A DNA stretch of 63,500 bases, counting the filler, from Diploschistes diacapsis (taxonomy: Eukaryota): the NCBI GenBank assembly GCA_023645945.1. It is 4 parts of 4 records of this genome, joined end to end, with 100 filler letters (N's around TTAATTAATTAA, not from the genome) between each part and the next. Parts side by side here need not be neighbours in the genome. Positions count along the whole stretch, not along the records: positions 15,991 to 31,858 come from JALAIB010000535.1; positions 31,959 to 47,700 come from JALAIB010000537.1; 2 more parts are not named here. The stretch is one strand, 5' to 3'. The notes beneath the pieces were generated by a model that was given only the letters and a program-made list of their open reading frames with translations, had not been told where the DNA came from and did no database searches. Position 1 is the first letter of the stretch; each line of letters starts with the position of its first letter. Positions 25,580-39,720 of this stretch are shown one piece after another. A program made the translations under genes and the position numbers.

Positions 25580-27975
25580 TCATCCATCAATTTTTGTCTC
25601 TCCACTCATCTTCCTCTTGATCTCAGCCAGCTTCTTGATGACCTGCCTGTGAAGTGGATGTTTCAAGCCGTAGCCCGCGTCACCAATTTTCGCCAAAGAA
25701 TCAAGAAGATCCTCAGCAGCGTCGTGTGCTTGGGCAAGTTTTCCGCTTTCGTCAAAGCATTCGACCAAGAACCATTCAGCTAGAATTCTCTGCACGTGAT
25801 CATCCGAACCCTTGTGGCGTCCGCCTTCGGCATGCTCAATCAGCACCCTCTTATACAATTCCTCAGCTTCGGCATATCGTTTCAGGCCCACCCAACTTCG
25901 AGCAAGAAACATCTCCGCCAGTACCACACCATTGTGTGTCCTGCCAACGCTTCTGGTGCCGATGGGTAGAATTCGCTGCAGTCTCGCTTCAGCAGCTTGA
26001 TAATCTCCCAGGCCATGCTCTACTCTACCGTAATTAAGTTCTGCAAAAAGCGTATAGACGCCTTCTTCACCCCAGATGACCTTTCTCCTCTCCAGGACCT
26101 CATCCATTAGAGCTCTTGCTCGATCAGGCTCGCGGTTATCTGCTGCAAGCGCTAAGGCGATATCTTCCTTGGTGAACAGGATCTCGTCTTCGACATCGTT
26201 GCAGGCAGACAGGCCTTCCAAGGCCAGCTCACACAGCCTAACAGACTCTGAATAGCGGAAAAATCTCGATTGGACAGCTCCTAGGTGTCCCAGAGCCAGT
26301 AGAGAGTCTTTGTGTTTTGGACCATGGCTTTTGAGAGCTTGGAACCCTTCCTATGCCTTCGTATGAAGCTCGAGCGACTCGGTCAGCCTTCCGGAGTAGC
26401 ACAGGAATTGAGCAAGAGAATCAATGGCTTTCAGTGTTTGTGGGTGACCATCGCCATACATTCGCTTGGAGGATGCCACCATTTCTCGCATCATTCGAAT
26501 GGAATGTGGAAACATGTCGAGATGATAGTACGTTGCTGAGAGTGCAGCTGTGATCCGATGGCAAGCAGGGTGGTCCATGCCTCGCACCTGGATGACATAT
26601 GCCCTCACCTGTTCCTGCAATTGTCTCGCAGCTTCCCATTCGCCACACTGGAAGTACAAGATGCTGAACTTTGCGAGACGCATTGCTTCCGGTGGCGTGA
26701 GCGATGAAACTCTTTGGATGGGGAATATTGTTCTGCGTATCTGTGCTTGGATAGCGTTGAACTTGTTATCCAGATTTTGTTGGCACTGTCAAACATGACG
26801 AATGTGCGGCAGAAGCTGTGTTGAGATGAAATGTCGAGATGTGCGCATTGACACTCTCTCAGGACTCAAGGCGTTGGAATCAAGAATGATGCATTTAGCT
26901 AATGCAATAGCAGCTGCTTCGCACCATATAGCTTCTGTTCCAGGACTGTCCAGGCGAATACGCATCCATTCATGGATCAAGGGGATGCACAGTGTATGTG
27001 TCGGTCTCTTCCCCAGGACTGATGAAGGAATGCTTCTGCAAATGGTAGATTGCCTGGTCGAGCCGAACGGAGTCTACCTCACCGTCCACAAGTGCATCCT
27101 GCCTCAGAATTGCAGGGAAGACGGTTCTTTGCTGTATAAATAGCCATGAGTACTTCGGATTGGTCAGAATCTGCTCGACGAATCGCAACAGTTTGCTTTT
27201 AACATTGTCGACCCAGCCCTTGCTTATTTGCTGAGGAAAAGCATCGGAATCTTCCTGCTGCGCCCGACTAGCATCCTCCTCGATGACGGGATTCCTCACC
27301 GCCTTAATCAAAATGTCCCGGCGAATGTTTCGGTGGTGAAGGTATGCGAAAAGCTGCATGAGCTCGAAGGCGTCTTTGGCTGCTTGGTCTGTCGAAAATT
27401 CCATGCCGGTTAGAAGGGGTTCAGAATTGACATAGACGCAAGCGCGACGCTCACGGTCATGCTTGTCGGTGGCCTTCTTGCGTTTGACTGCCTTTCGAGC
27501 TAGAGCTTGACGATTATTTTTGAAATACTTGAGATACCCATTCCACGAGGTGTATCCTTTCCTGATGGTCTGACCGGCCAACACCAGGGCCAGTGGCAGG
27601 CAGTGGAGTGTCTTTGATATCTTCTTCGCTTCCCTCATAGCTTCTTCTTTATATGGTGACTGCTCCTCCGCTGTTGTAAGAAGCAACTCCTCGGCTTCAT
27701 TATCTGCCAACCTCTCAAATGAATAGAATCTTGGACCGATCGTTCCTAGGTGTTTCTTGTCACTGTCTCGAGTGGTAATCAAGATGCAGCCGCGTTCTCC
27801 AGGGGAAGTAATCTTCCCAGTCAAGGTGTTCATCATCTGCATTGTCAATAATGAGGATCCACGGCATATCGGCGTTGGCCAAATAGTGCTTTGCGGCTTC
27901 CTTGGTTGCAGCTACCTTGCATTGGATAACGATGTCACACATTGAAGCTTCAGCGTTCGCTCGAGATTTTACTTT
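25580..27975 (-). pseudogene. NB-ARC + TPR fungal NLR-like gene, 5'-truncated and frameshifted
   Basis: WILIIDNADD (Walker B), GCILITTR, LPLALVLAG, Y.MHPL/IHEW.R, kinesin-light-chain-type TPRs (G.DHP.TL); frameshifts near 27805 and 26975, stop at 26351, P-loop missing. Confidence 0.85.
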
Positions 27976-28049
27976 TTGCCGCCCAGCTTTGCTGTCCAAG
28001 GACCATCATTACGGGCTTCTCTTTGCTATTAATGTGCGTATCTCTCTTC

Positions 28050-29700
28050 CGTTTATAGCGTCCGTCTCGCTCTTCGGGCGACTCCCCGAGACATAATGGG
28101 TGAAGCGATTTATTTCAATATTTAGAAAATGGGCGGTAGTAAAAGATTCTCCGTTGCCGCTGTTCGAAGCTAGAGCCGAATTTCAAGACGTTATTGTAAG
28201 TGAACTCGTCTTTTTTGATTTGACAACGATCGCAATTCTCCGACCGGAATCGGGCTCGAGTTCAACGACTACAACGGTCCTAAAAGCCGACAAATCTATT
28301 CTGTCCATTTTCGAGCATTTGCCCAATTCGTTAGAGAAAAAGGAAGATGCATCATTGCACACAACAGGAACAAGTATGCTGGACTTGAGATGGTACCTTG
28401 AATGGCTTGCACAACAAACCCAGAACCTTCCTCACAGTATCAAGGAATTTTGGCAGAGAAATCTAGTGAGAGAAGTAAGTATAGATTTGTAGCTAATCTG
28501 GAGCAAAATCTACTTACATACAGTAGATGCCAAGCACCATCGTCATAGATGATGCCTCGGCAGCGAGGTCGGCACTACCTGCCCCAGCAACAATCCCAAG
28601 CAATCCACCAGCCAGCTCAGCGACTACCACAAATTTATTAAAGAACATGAACATGTCGGGAGCCGTCGATTTCAAAACGAATACATTCTTATATAATACA
28701 TTTATGACAGTTAACCGGTTTATACGAGAGTCGCCGAGTCGAGCATTCACGAAGTTATTTAGTATCTTAAAGAAAATTAGATTTTCAAGCAGCAAGCCGA
28801 TGCGGCAGCGTATAAACCTATATAGCGCCTTCCGATCTTTGCCATTCTCGGATGGCAGACTATGCTCTATTTACTATCCTTCAATACGAATCCATCAAGT
28901 TGTTTGGAAATTTATTAACAACCTAGTCAACCCAATTCCCAACTCGTCTACAATACCTTTAGAACACCAGCCTCCCTTTCTGATCGTTTAATGGCAATAT
29001 TTCTTAGAGGATATGGAAATATCTTACCCGCACGATGCGGAGGGTTCACGAAGGTAGCCAGCGAGAAAAGCCAGGTAGCGGTATTTTAGATTCCTTTGGA
29101 AGCAGATGGCATGAACGCTTATTTACTCGTCTTGTTCTTTAACACTAAAATCCGATGGGTGGATCCGCCAGCCCTATACCTGGATTATGATAAATTTTTA
29201 AAGACATTGTTTCTCTTTAAATATCCTTCAATCTGTGTTGTTACTTTTTAAACCACTGGAGCACTCTTCGCTTTCGCAGGCCCGGACTTTTCAGGTATAG
29301 ACCCTCGACTAGATTTGGACGCAATCACGGATATCCTGCAAGAAATTCTGCTTTCATATCGCTTGTTGTTTGGACGGAAAGAGGTATCACGCAAATACTT
29401 TCGGAGGAAGCTGTCAGACTCTAAGCCTAGTTTTATCGAAAATCCAGATCCTTTTCTTTGGCAATTATGCATTAAAAAATTCCTTTACTCATCCTTCACT
29501 GCTTCAGGATCGATTTACGTACTTCTTTCATCGTGATTCCTCTGTCTTGGGAGAGCGGGTTGAATTACTGGAGAAGAAGCTTGGAGGGACGAAGCCGACG
29601 GATTGGAAAGGCTTAATTCGAGACAATCGGGACACTGCATAATTTTGGACGTTTTGGTTTGTTTTTATTTTCTTATTGACCAAATAATGGAATTTTGTCT
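28050..29700 (+). pseudogene. Degenerate member of an uncharacterised fungal membrane-anchored family
   Basis: EILLSYRLLFG...SRK, DPFL..LC, LG.RV..L...L....P..W..LIRD.RD..FWTFW with stops and frameshifts. Confidence 0.6.
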
Positions 29701-30018
29701 CAGGTAATGATGGTTAGGTATCTGCAAACGGTAATCTGGCGCATTATTTCACGATGGTAGTGCAGGTAGAGAGCTAAATGGCGGAATTACGGAGGCGGCA
29801 TATCTGTTCCGGGTGCAGGTGGAACGCCCTAGACATTGTACACAATTCTTTTTTCATTTGGAAACTAATTTATAGTTCTACCTTCCTTATATCCCTGACA
29901 TAAGCTTGGGACACGGATTTTATCTTGGTGGAACCCTATTGGCAGCAAGCCCTCGAGTGCAAATTCAACCGGTGTGTGCGCCTGGCCGCGCTTGCATCTT
30001 CCTTGGATGCACCCATCA

Positions 30019-30477
30019 TCAAACTTTTGTTCGCAGAAATGAGCCCGGGTTGAAATCGACAACAATGGCGTTTTCAAGGACTTCACCAGCGAGCTTCGTA
30101 AACGCAATGTGTGTAGGATCTTTGAACACGTAGTAGTCACCATCTTCGGCACTCTCGAACTCCACAACGAAGCCATGGGTTATCCCGCCCTTGGGTGATA
30201 GGAATGTCAGAATGGTGCTCAGAGTAGATGGTGCTTTCGGTACCTGGCTCCCTTCGGGACTGTTGTCCAACCTTCCGACAATTGATTTCACATATGGTTT
30301 TTTTTGTTGTGGCTGATAAACATTTATCTTTAAGCGATATCATCTGCTCGCAGATCTGTGAAACTGAAAGTGAGCAAGTGCCTGATAAAGCCGTCCCAGC
30401 TTGTTTACATCAGGAATGGTCTCTTAAGGAACCTCTGGCTTGAACTGGAATAGAACTACGTGAATGATGCCTGACAT
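30019..30477 (-). pseudogene. Stress-responsive A/B-barrel (Dabb) protein
   Basis: MSGIIHVVLFQFK..*, GRLDNSPEG, GITHGFVVEFESAEDGDYYV.KDPTH..F...VVDF; premature TAA and a frameshift in an A-run. Confidence 0.85.
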
Positions 30478-31149
30478 CTTGGCGGGGGTCTCCGAGGCTG
30501 TAGCGGTATATCCGTCGCGCACACTCGTTGCGAATATCGGTGGGACTGGAGTAGAGCTTAGAGTTGGAAGAAATGTGGAGGCGGCCTTGCGGAAATTGAA
30601 GGAGCTAAAAGGCTTGAGAGATGGCAGGTATAAAGTAGTTATTAACAAGAACGTTGCCCAGAAAGCGAATCCTGTTCGGCTGTTTGTAATCCAGCACATC
30701 TTCTGGGACGAAATGGTTTAAAAGTCTGAATTCAGGTGCGGGGTTGAAGCAATTGCGTTCCGGTAACGATTGAATAAATTCAATAACATGGGCTTGGATA
30801 CACGTACGCATATTACATCGATATCAGATCGTCCATCAAGTATAGTATTACGACGAGCTCAGGAAGGGAGGATGCAGAGTTTCAATAATCGAGAAGGATT
30901 TCTGGAAGATCGAAACTCCGATAGATTTACTTAAAGAAACCCAAGATCTTGAACCACCAGACTCGCGCACCTCTAGGGCATGGCTAGGTTCTCTGCACCG
31001 TTTGGAACTTATCTTATTTGGCCTTGATGACTTCGCTTCAATTACTGCCTGGGTGCTTGGGATGAATGGCAAGGTTGTGGCGGTGGTTTGGGGTTGGATC
31101 AGACTTATTCTCACTGTGAGTACTTAAAGCGAACATCTCACTTGACAGC

Positions 31150-31676
31150 TTCACTGAGTTGGTTCAGTTTGCGCGTCCCGTCTTACCGGAGATCATTGAA
31201 ATGCTCAAGGAACTATAGAATACACTTCCTCGTTATAAGAGATTTGAGGACGAGCTCCCAATGACGAAAGCGCTAGAGGATGCACTATGCGACATGTATA
31301 CCGAGATCATCATCTTTTGCGCGCGAATAATAGCCTTCTTCTACAGCAACCCCAACGTCCGAGGAAGTTGTACTGCTTGGTCTTAATTCAATATAGATTT
31401 TCATGCCACGATAGACAATTTGAGACGCTATTCAGGTCCAAGAGACGCTTAATTGGCGTGAAGATGAAGAGAAACTCTGCGTGATGGCGATATGTGGAAT
31501 GGGCGGCGTGGGTAAGACCCAGCTTGCTCTTCATTGTGCCGACACGTCGCTTTCGCTCTACGACTTGATTGTATGGGTACCTTCGGAACTTTAAATTAAG
31601 ATGACCCAAGCGTTGTCCGCTCTGGCACAGAAGCTGGATCTACAGAAGGCTGGGGCAAACGAGGATGACTTTTAAG
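31150..31676 (+). pseudogene. NB-ARC NLR fragment truncated by the TIR element
   Basis: Helical N-terminal domain (LPRYKRFE..LP....LEDAL.DMY.EII.FCA) then P-loop GMGGVGKTQLAL; ends abruptly at CAGGG (31677). Confidence 0.75.
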
Positions 31677-31858
31677 CAGGGCGATTCGGGAGCACTACTT
31701 GTTCCCCACCCCGGTCACATATAGTGTGTCTGTTAAGCTATTTAGCTCATATCTAGTTCCTATAATAATTAATATATATTATATATACGAGCTATATTGC
31801 GTTATAAGCGTGTTATTTCCGATACATCCATATAAATTATAAAAAGTTAATTTTAAAG

Positions 31859-31958
31859 NNNNNNNNNNNNNNNNNNNNNNNNNNNNNNNNNNNNNNNNNN
31901 NNTTAATTAATTAANNNNNNNNNNNNNNNNNNNNNNNNNNNNNNNNNNNNNNNNNNNN
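31859..31958. other. Assembly gap with artificial linker
   Basis: N44-TTAATTAATTAA-N44. Confidence 0.97.
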
Positions 31959-31979
31959 AGATATAATAATATCTTGTTT

Positions 31980-33221
31980 CAGCTTATAAAAGCTTAATAC
32001 GTTATTATATATAAGATACTATTTATTCCTCGATTGTTTGAAAGATAGCTTTCGTAATTGTTAGGGACTGTAACTTCAACATAAGATTTGGCTTGACCAA
32101 CAGATATGCCAGTTGTTTTAATCAGCTCGAAACGTTTTTAATAATAGGAGTTAATTGAATCGAGATGATTCGTGTGAAATTGCGGCTGCTGTTAAACTTT
32201 GAAGATGCCTCTATCTTCCTTTATAGATTATTATTAGCCAACATGTCCGTGTTTAGGTTCTCCATTAATCTTTTCAGATATGGTATATAGGTAAAAACGA
32301 TGCCGAGACTTTGAATCAGCTGCGTCATTAACATAAACGTCCATACTAAAAATGACATAGATCCGTCTACGTTTTTAAAAATCAACATAATCTGCGTTAT
32401 ACTGCATATTATTACACTATATTTTAGATTAACATGGTTCAGAAACGTAAACTAGCCAAAAATGCATACAATATGCGAACCGAGAAAAACGTAATAACAA
32501 TAAACTTCGTCTTAGAAGGCAATTGGACATTATATACGATAACGGAAGGAAGGACAATAAATATAGCATCTATAATAATACTAAGGAGTTCAAGATATAT
32601 ATAAAAGCCTTCAATATCGAAACACTGCGTTCCTTTATAGTCCCATAATGAAAATAAATAGCATAAAAATGCGAAACCGAGTATTCCTATAACGACCCAC
32701 AGGCCAGTTATAGCGAGAAGAATAAAAATAGCCCTTTAATAAAATACAACGGGCGTGAAAATCCTGACGAAGAAAGTAACCGATAATTTTGAGCAAGCTT
32801 AGCTTAACATAAAAAAAATCAAAAAAGCATAAACGGACTGAATTAATTAGTTTATCTTCGGATCGGAATCATCAATTAAGATTACCTTTTTCTGAACGAT
32901 AAGCTCGTCCGTTGAAACGTTGTCCACGATTAGCCCCAAATTATGACTTATAGCATTCGATAGAACTGCCGTTTGACATATAATAAATATCTATTTAATG
33001 TTAAAAATCGGTTTCTACACGATAAATGATAGACGTATAATCGAAAGAAAAATAAAGATATTATTAAGGCCTGTAGAACGCGTGATATGAAATCTTGTCA
33101 GTAAACGGGCGAATATAATCATAATCGTTGCAATAAGAAGACATCAATTAAAAATATTAATTAAGGATTTGTGATCGGTAGAAGAATCCGTAGGATAGGA
33201 ATGCACTGATTGTAAAGACAT
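31980..33221 (-). pseudogene. RIP-inactivated PTH11-like / rhodopsin-domain integral membrane protein
   Basis: MSLQSVHSYP..STDHKSLINIFN*CLLIATIMIIFARLLTRF...G.(DD); further hydrophobic helices with many TAA/TGA stops. Confidence 0.65.
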
Positions 33222-34834
33222 AATGTTTTTAACTTTCGAGATATGGAATCGACGAAAAAATGTTCATAGAAATGAGAATAATAAATAATTAACATTATCA
33301 AGATAAGCCAAATGGAAGGTCGGTGGCGCTCGGGTAATCTCTTCCAGCTTACCTTTCCTTCCTACCGGATGCTAATTTGTTCTAAAACATTGCTCGGACT
33401 GCTGCCTTACGAGCACCGTTAAATAATATTCTTTCTTAATTGCCTTTATGAATCTAAAGCACGTTACGAGCTGCTGAACTTATATTGAAATTGAACTTAG
33501 GCTTAGAAGGCGATCTTAGGAAAAATTAAGCATAGATTATAGAAAGGAGTATATAATTAAGATTAAATTGGAGTTAACACAAAATAAATCGCAATTTTTG
33601 TAATGTATATCTCGAACCGAAATTAAGTTATTCTACGGGGCCACTAAGGCAGCGCTAGTATTAAACGTGGACAAAATAATTTCTCCACTTGTATGCCGGA
33701 AAGCAATACCGATTTTCCCGATCTTTATTTATATCAAGCCATTGCTTATCGTCAAGAAAGCCTTACTTTTTATTCTAAGCTCGGTACTGCGATATTATTA
33801 GAAACAGCTGTTATATAGATTAAAAGGATTAGGTATAATGTGATTCGATTACATAATGTTTTCAAATTGTGTACATACAGATTTACAAATAAGATGTTTA
33901 TTACTAAGCTTTCGGGGTTAAAGGCTTATATCCGTAATAAAGAAATTGATTTGAATATAGAATAAGGAAAATTATATCGAGATAAGAAAAAACGTAAGAT
34001 ATATAGGGGGCTATCCGAATCCTATATTATAGGGATTCCGATTTGGAAAGTTCTTAACTATAATATAAGAATGGTACTGTTACTAATAGCTAAAAAATAT
34101 CCTCTAGTTAAACCTGTTATATTAACTTTTATATGACTGCATCTCAGCGTATAGCTTCACCGTAAAGCTTTAGTTCTAAGACTTTGTTTTTACTATCTAA
34201 GTAGAATCGTAATTTCATCGCTTTCTAAATTATACCGTCGGGTTTGTCTTCTCTTTCTAAACCCGGCATGGGCAATTCCGAATTTCCCAAGGTAAAGAAA
34301 AAGCTGCTTTCTAGACAAACTCTGTTTTGGCCCTTCAGCTCGATGGTAGATCCGCCGTAGTAGGTGCACCAGGTGCACAGCTAGTTCAGTGTGTCATCAG
34401 GAACGTCAGCTGCTCGGTTGCTGGTTGTTATCTGATCGATTGAGGGGAAAGTAATAAAATTTTCGTAGTTAAGTCTAGTAAGGGGCTGAGAGTGGGGGAA
34501 AAGGCAAATTCTTTAAAGTTCTTGGTGGGACTGGGTGTTATTACGAGATCGGTAAGCCTAGCGATTACTACATTTCGTACTATCTTTTTGAAACAAGTTG
34601 GGATCAAAGCCTGATTTATCATTATGTAACGCATTAGAAGCAGTAATAGTAGTTATACGAAAACTCGTTTTGTTCGGTTCATTTATCAATATAGATTTTA
34701 GTCACGATTGGATTGAATCATAATTAAATTTTTCGCATCATATAATTTACTCTCTTTAGTTATTTATTCTCTAAATATTATTCCGCGATAATTATAAACC
34801 TATATTTGAAAGTCTTAAGCTTCCTGGAAAATTA

Positions 34835-35950
34835 ATGTCCAAGACGCGGAATGTATATTTCATTTAATTATCCTTAAAGTCGTATTGGTGGTGTATAAAG
34901 CATTGGTACCTTTACGTTTGATTTCTGCGAAGAAATAAGTAAAACAATAAGACTATAATTTAACTGAGTTCTATCAGAATTATTATGCTACCGACTATAT
35001 TGCGGAATTCGTGAATGCTATCATTAATATACTCTTCGTTTATTTTGCGTAGAAAGGTGCAAGAAATTGTTAGAAATATCATTACGATAGAATTTTCTTT
35101 CTCGCATTTATCGGTTATAGAAACGTGGGCGTTAATAGTTTCGCATTTCACGTTACTATGAAGCGTAAGTATTCTTATAATATCGGCTCTATCTCTAACT
35201 TACTAGGCTAGATTTAATGCAATTGTGTGATAAGTTATCTATAATATATATCGCTTGTATCATGTTTTATGCCGTCTGGGCTTATGGTTTATTAGTTATG
35301 AATCGTTGGTTTCTAAGTTTTTTAATTATAATGCTGGTTTTACTATTTATACATTTCTACATTCTTTTCCGAAGTAAGTCTTTTATACAAGGCGAGACAT
35401 GCGTTATATTCGTTAAGATGATAATATAGATCCGTTTTTTCAATAAGTGGTTTTTGCCTTGTTAATCATTGCAGGCCTAATTAGAGCTGGACAACAAATC
35501 AGGACCTTTTCTTAACTTGATTTAGCTTAGGATTCGAGTAACAAAATTACGTACGAAGAGATGCTTTAGATCGCTCGCATAAGCATACCTCTTCTCCTCT
35601 TCGGTTTTTTCATATGGATTCTGGATGACAAGCTTTGCGAGAATCTGCGCACTATTAAGAAAACGATTAGGTTACCGTAAGGTATTCTTCTAGAAGCACA
35701 TAGATACTAATAAAATAATTTTATCGGTTTATACGGCGGTGTTTATCTAAAATAGACATATTTTCTCGAAAATCGTTACGTACAACTTCATTGTCTGGAA
35801 TAAGCTAAATCCTAATTAACGCTGCATATGTTAAATTATATTAAATATACGGCTTCGAACCTGCTTAAATTAAAAGAAGAAATATCAAATATATTAGTTA
35901 GATTATATATATTTTATTCCGGAAGTACGGTGTCAAGATAAATTAACTTG
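34835..35950 (+). pseudogene. RIP-inactivated alkaline ceramidase (YPC1/YDC1 family)
   Basis: T.DFCEE|NYYATDYIAEFVN, AFHVTMK, MQLCDKL.IIY, WILDD.LC..LR.....LP*GILLEAH. Confidence 0.85.
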
Positions 35951-36369
35951 AAGTGAAATCAACTAGAAGGTGTCATATAGGACATTTCTTTTCTGTCTAG
36001 ATCCAGAATCTATGCTTTTTATACCTCACTCGAAGCTTTCTATAGTATAATGACCGATTTTTCTTGTGATAGTCGTTAATTTACTGATGGATTGTTAGAG
36101 GTAGGTCGTGCCGACCTAGTTGTTAAGGCGATATCTATAACGATACCGCTCGGCATTTACTGTATATAAAGTAGAATTTGCTCTAAATTAATTACGAATT
36201 ATCACTCACTTTTCTAATTAGATTTATAGGTTTTTATATGCCATTTCTGCCTAACCATATCTTTCAATTTAGCTTATCCGTCATCTCTTATTTAGTTAGT
36301 GTAGAAATGTTTCTAGCAGTACGCCTTATCTTTATAATAATTACGGAGTAATACTTACGGCACTACGTC

Positions 36370-37760
36370 AACTAGAATATGTATAATTGGGTCGAATTAC
36401 CCCTAAACGCCGAATACTACCTAAACAGTAGACATAAAGAGATAAAGAAGGTTCAAAACACAATATTACTAAATAACGAAACACTACAGTATATTAACAA
36501 AATTAGGATTTTAAGAAAGAATCCTCAACTAAAAGAAAAAGATAGGGTCTAACAAACAACCTTAGAACACGCAGACCTTCTAAAAAGCTCGATCATATCA
36601 AGATCAGATCCTTCCTTATCGATAAACAACCATAAATACCAGACGAAACGAAGAAAGTTAGTTATCGATTCAAGCTACTAAAGGACGTGAAGATCCACTT
36701 AATATTCCATGTTAGATGCCTTGAACCGCCGCATCTAAATATATTAATATAGGAAACCTATTATTTCGAAAGATAACGAGAACGAATACGAAGTCGAGAG
36801 GATCCTAACCTTCGGATTTAACGGGTTTTTAATTAAATGGAAAAGGTATTTATCGAGTTAGAATATATAGGAATCAAGAAAAATCTAATAAATTACAACG
36901 ACAAACTAAAGAATAAACTAAAAGAGTTTTGGAAGACCCCAACGGGGCATTCAAAGAAAAAAGGAAGCCTGGACGAAAAGATAGAAATTTGCATTTTTAT
37001 ATCTTCGCCCGCTGACCCAGGCCGGAATTAAATCAGCGGCCTTTATATTAAGGAATGCACGTTTTACTGACTGAGTTACTGGATCTAATTGTGAAGGAAA
37101 ACATACGTAAAGGATATTTTATCTTAATAATAATCTATTTTACCCAACGCGAGATAATATTAAAGAAAAAGGAGTAATAATACGATCCGAGGTGTAAATC
37201 TCGTCACGTCTTAGCCATTTTTGTATATAAATTAATTATCGGTGACAGAAAGGTTACGTGATTGATAGACAATAGTTAACAACCGTCTAGCGTTTGGCAT
37301 CTAACAGGATTAGAAGATGTATATAAAGAGCGTCGTTATAACTTTTATAAATCCTAACGTGTTCAGATCTTATATTATTCTTATCTAAAAATATCAATTT
37401 AAATAGAATAAAAATGTGGATCTCGTCTATACTTTTTATTTTATTCGTAATAAATCACGCTTAAGAGCGATTTCTTCGACCAGATTTAATAAAGTTAAAA
37501 GAAACTTCCCATTCACTTGCTGCTATCGTAAAGAATAAGGGTTCTTCTTAAATTTTCGACGTTTTTTGCGATACGCTCACGGCTGACCGAGATTTCCTCG
37601 TGTGAATTAAATAATACCTTATATAGGATAAATCGGACTATAATCTCTTACCGATTCTTAAATATTGCGAAAAACTTTAAAAAACTAATCATCACTTAAT
37701 ATGATATATCCTTAATCCCTCCTTAACGTTATTAAAAACGCCTTTTTAATATCATAACAA
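36370..37760 (+). mobile_element. Ty3/Gypsy chromovirus 3' remnant (integrase C-terminus, chromodomain, polypurine tract, probable LTR; LTR end approximate)
   Basis: LRTRRPSKKLDHIKI..F.I, IH.IFHV..LEP, NEYEVERIL (chromodomain), purine tract AAAGAAAAAGGAG at ~37162 followed by an LTR-like start. Confidence 0.75.
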
Positions 37761-37989
37761 ATCTAGCTTCTAATTATTCCGAAATTTGCTATCTTTACAT
37801 CCCGATATTTCGGGCGTTTTACGAACCGCTGCCAAAACCAACTAAAATAGGCTCGACGAGATCAACGCCTATTAAAAAGTTCCGATTCTAACATTCTCGG
37901 ATACTTAAATTAAAAGTATAAGATAAAAACGCCGATCATCTTCTTACTTAATTTATTCTTATACTTACCAGAACGTCGTAATATTTAAA

Positions 37990-39720
37990 TATCACATACC
38001 CGAAACATAACTATTTAATTAACGTAAGCGCCGAAACTCAAAGCGGCTTACGCCTCAATACAATAAAATTCTATAATACGTTTCTAAAAGACAAAAACAC
38101 GGTCATCCCGATAAAACTTAAATTCCACTAACTTTCTAAGATAACTTATCTAAGATTAACTTAACTAAACGCGCCTTAAAAGAATTAAATCGAAAAATTA
38201 CTCAAACGGCCTCAAATTCCCGTTTAACCTACTCACGACCGTACCGACCGATTACTTGACGTATATTCATTAAATTAAAAAAGAATTACCGACCTTTTAT
38301 ACCAATCGTTAAATATATTCACGATTATAAAGCGAAAAACTTAAAAAACATAAAATAGATTACGAGATACGATAGTTTAGATCTATCGGACCTTCGAGAT
38401 ATACGTGAATAATATAATTATTATATTTAATATTAACTAATTTCTAGTTTTTAAAACCTTTAAATCCTTTAGACCCAGCAATGAGCTCACGAACTAATTC
38501 CCGCGTTTCGAAATAAAAATCGAAATTAGCTTCGAGTAATAAACCCTCTATAAACACTTCCAAAAGCACTGGTCCGTATAATCGAAATTTTCAACAGAAT
38601 CTCGTTAATGGTAGCGTCTTCCTACATACGTATAGGCACCCGGATGGTCGGGTACCAGCGAAGCTAAATAACTAGAAAGAAATTAATCGACGATTTTCAC
38701 AACCGCGACCTTCTTTTTCGCCATTTAAATTCTTAAAAGAAAGATATGCGGAATTTATACAAGTAGATGTAGATGTAATGAAGGAAAAGTAAGTAATAGT
38801 ATTAATAATTCCAATCATTAAAAAAGATATTAAAAACGTTAAATACTGTTCGAGAAGGATCGTATTTATAAACCTCGATTATCTTACCGATAGCACGCTT
38901 ATATTTAACAATCCAGATATATATTACGACGCGCGTCCCGAATAGCTTAATCGGCGGGTATATGATAAACTTAGTAATTATATTATTCCATTAATACAAG
39001 ACGATTTTCTTTTAGCGCCGAACTTCTTCATAGCGGTAAAGGAACCGGATGGATTTCTGGCGATAATAAACAAATAAGCGGGCTATAACGGTGTATTAAA
39101 AGCGAAAGGTATATATAATTTATAATCATACGGTTAAAATAAATTTATCTTCGACAATAATGCTTTTACCATTTCGTCCATTTACCACGGTAATTAGCTT
39201 AAGATATATACTATTTATTTTTTTTAGCTAGCTAATTTTGGAAACCGGTCTGAATATTTTATACATTAAGTCAAGAGATGGTTTATAATAAATAACCTCG
39301 AAATCTTTTTTAAAGGTATAATATACTATCGAAATGGTCGGGACTAGGTAAAGGAACGGAAGGACGAGGCGATTAAACGAACAAACGAGAGAATAAATAA
39401 ATATTATATTAAAACGCTCGTTATCGATATAGATATTATACCTACCTCCAGCTTCGTAAGTAAAACAATATTAGATAAAATCATTACGGTCGAGGCGCTT
39501 AGTCAAAAATCTAGAATTTTATAAACGAAAGATAACAACATAATTAATCATTATGAATCTAAGACATCCTTAATTAAACTCTCGCTGGAGCACAGAACCC
39601 CGATCAAAGGTTCCAATAAATAATCAAAACGATCGCCCCAGTCTCGACGGAAATGACTTAATACCGACGACTACGATCTCTTTTAAAAACCTAAATTGCA
39701 ATTATCGAAACCATCCGGGT
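37990..39720 (+). pseudogene. RIP-inactivated member of a widespread uncharacterised fungal family (possible PD-(D/E)XK-like nuclease fold)
   Basis: F*DNLSKINLTKRALKELNR, DLSDLR, STGPYNRNFQQNL, PDIYY.ARPE*L, LAPNFF.AVK.PDG, DNNAFTISSIYHG. Confidence 0.7.

Noticed and set aside
31669..31676. Target-site duplication for the TIR unit
   Set aside because: Left and right flanks do not match at 2-10 bp
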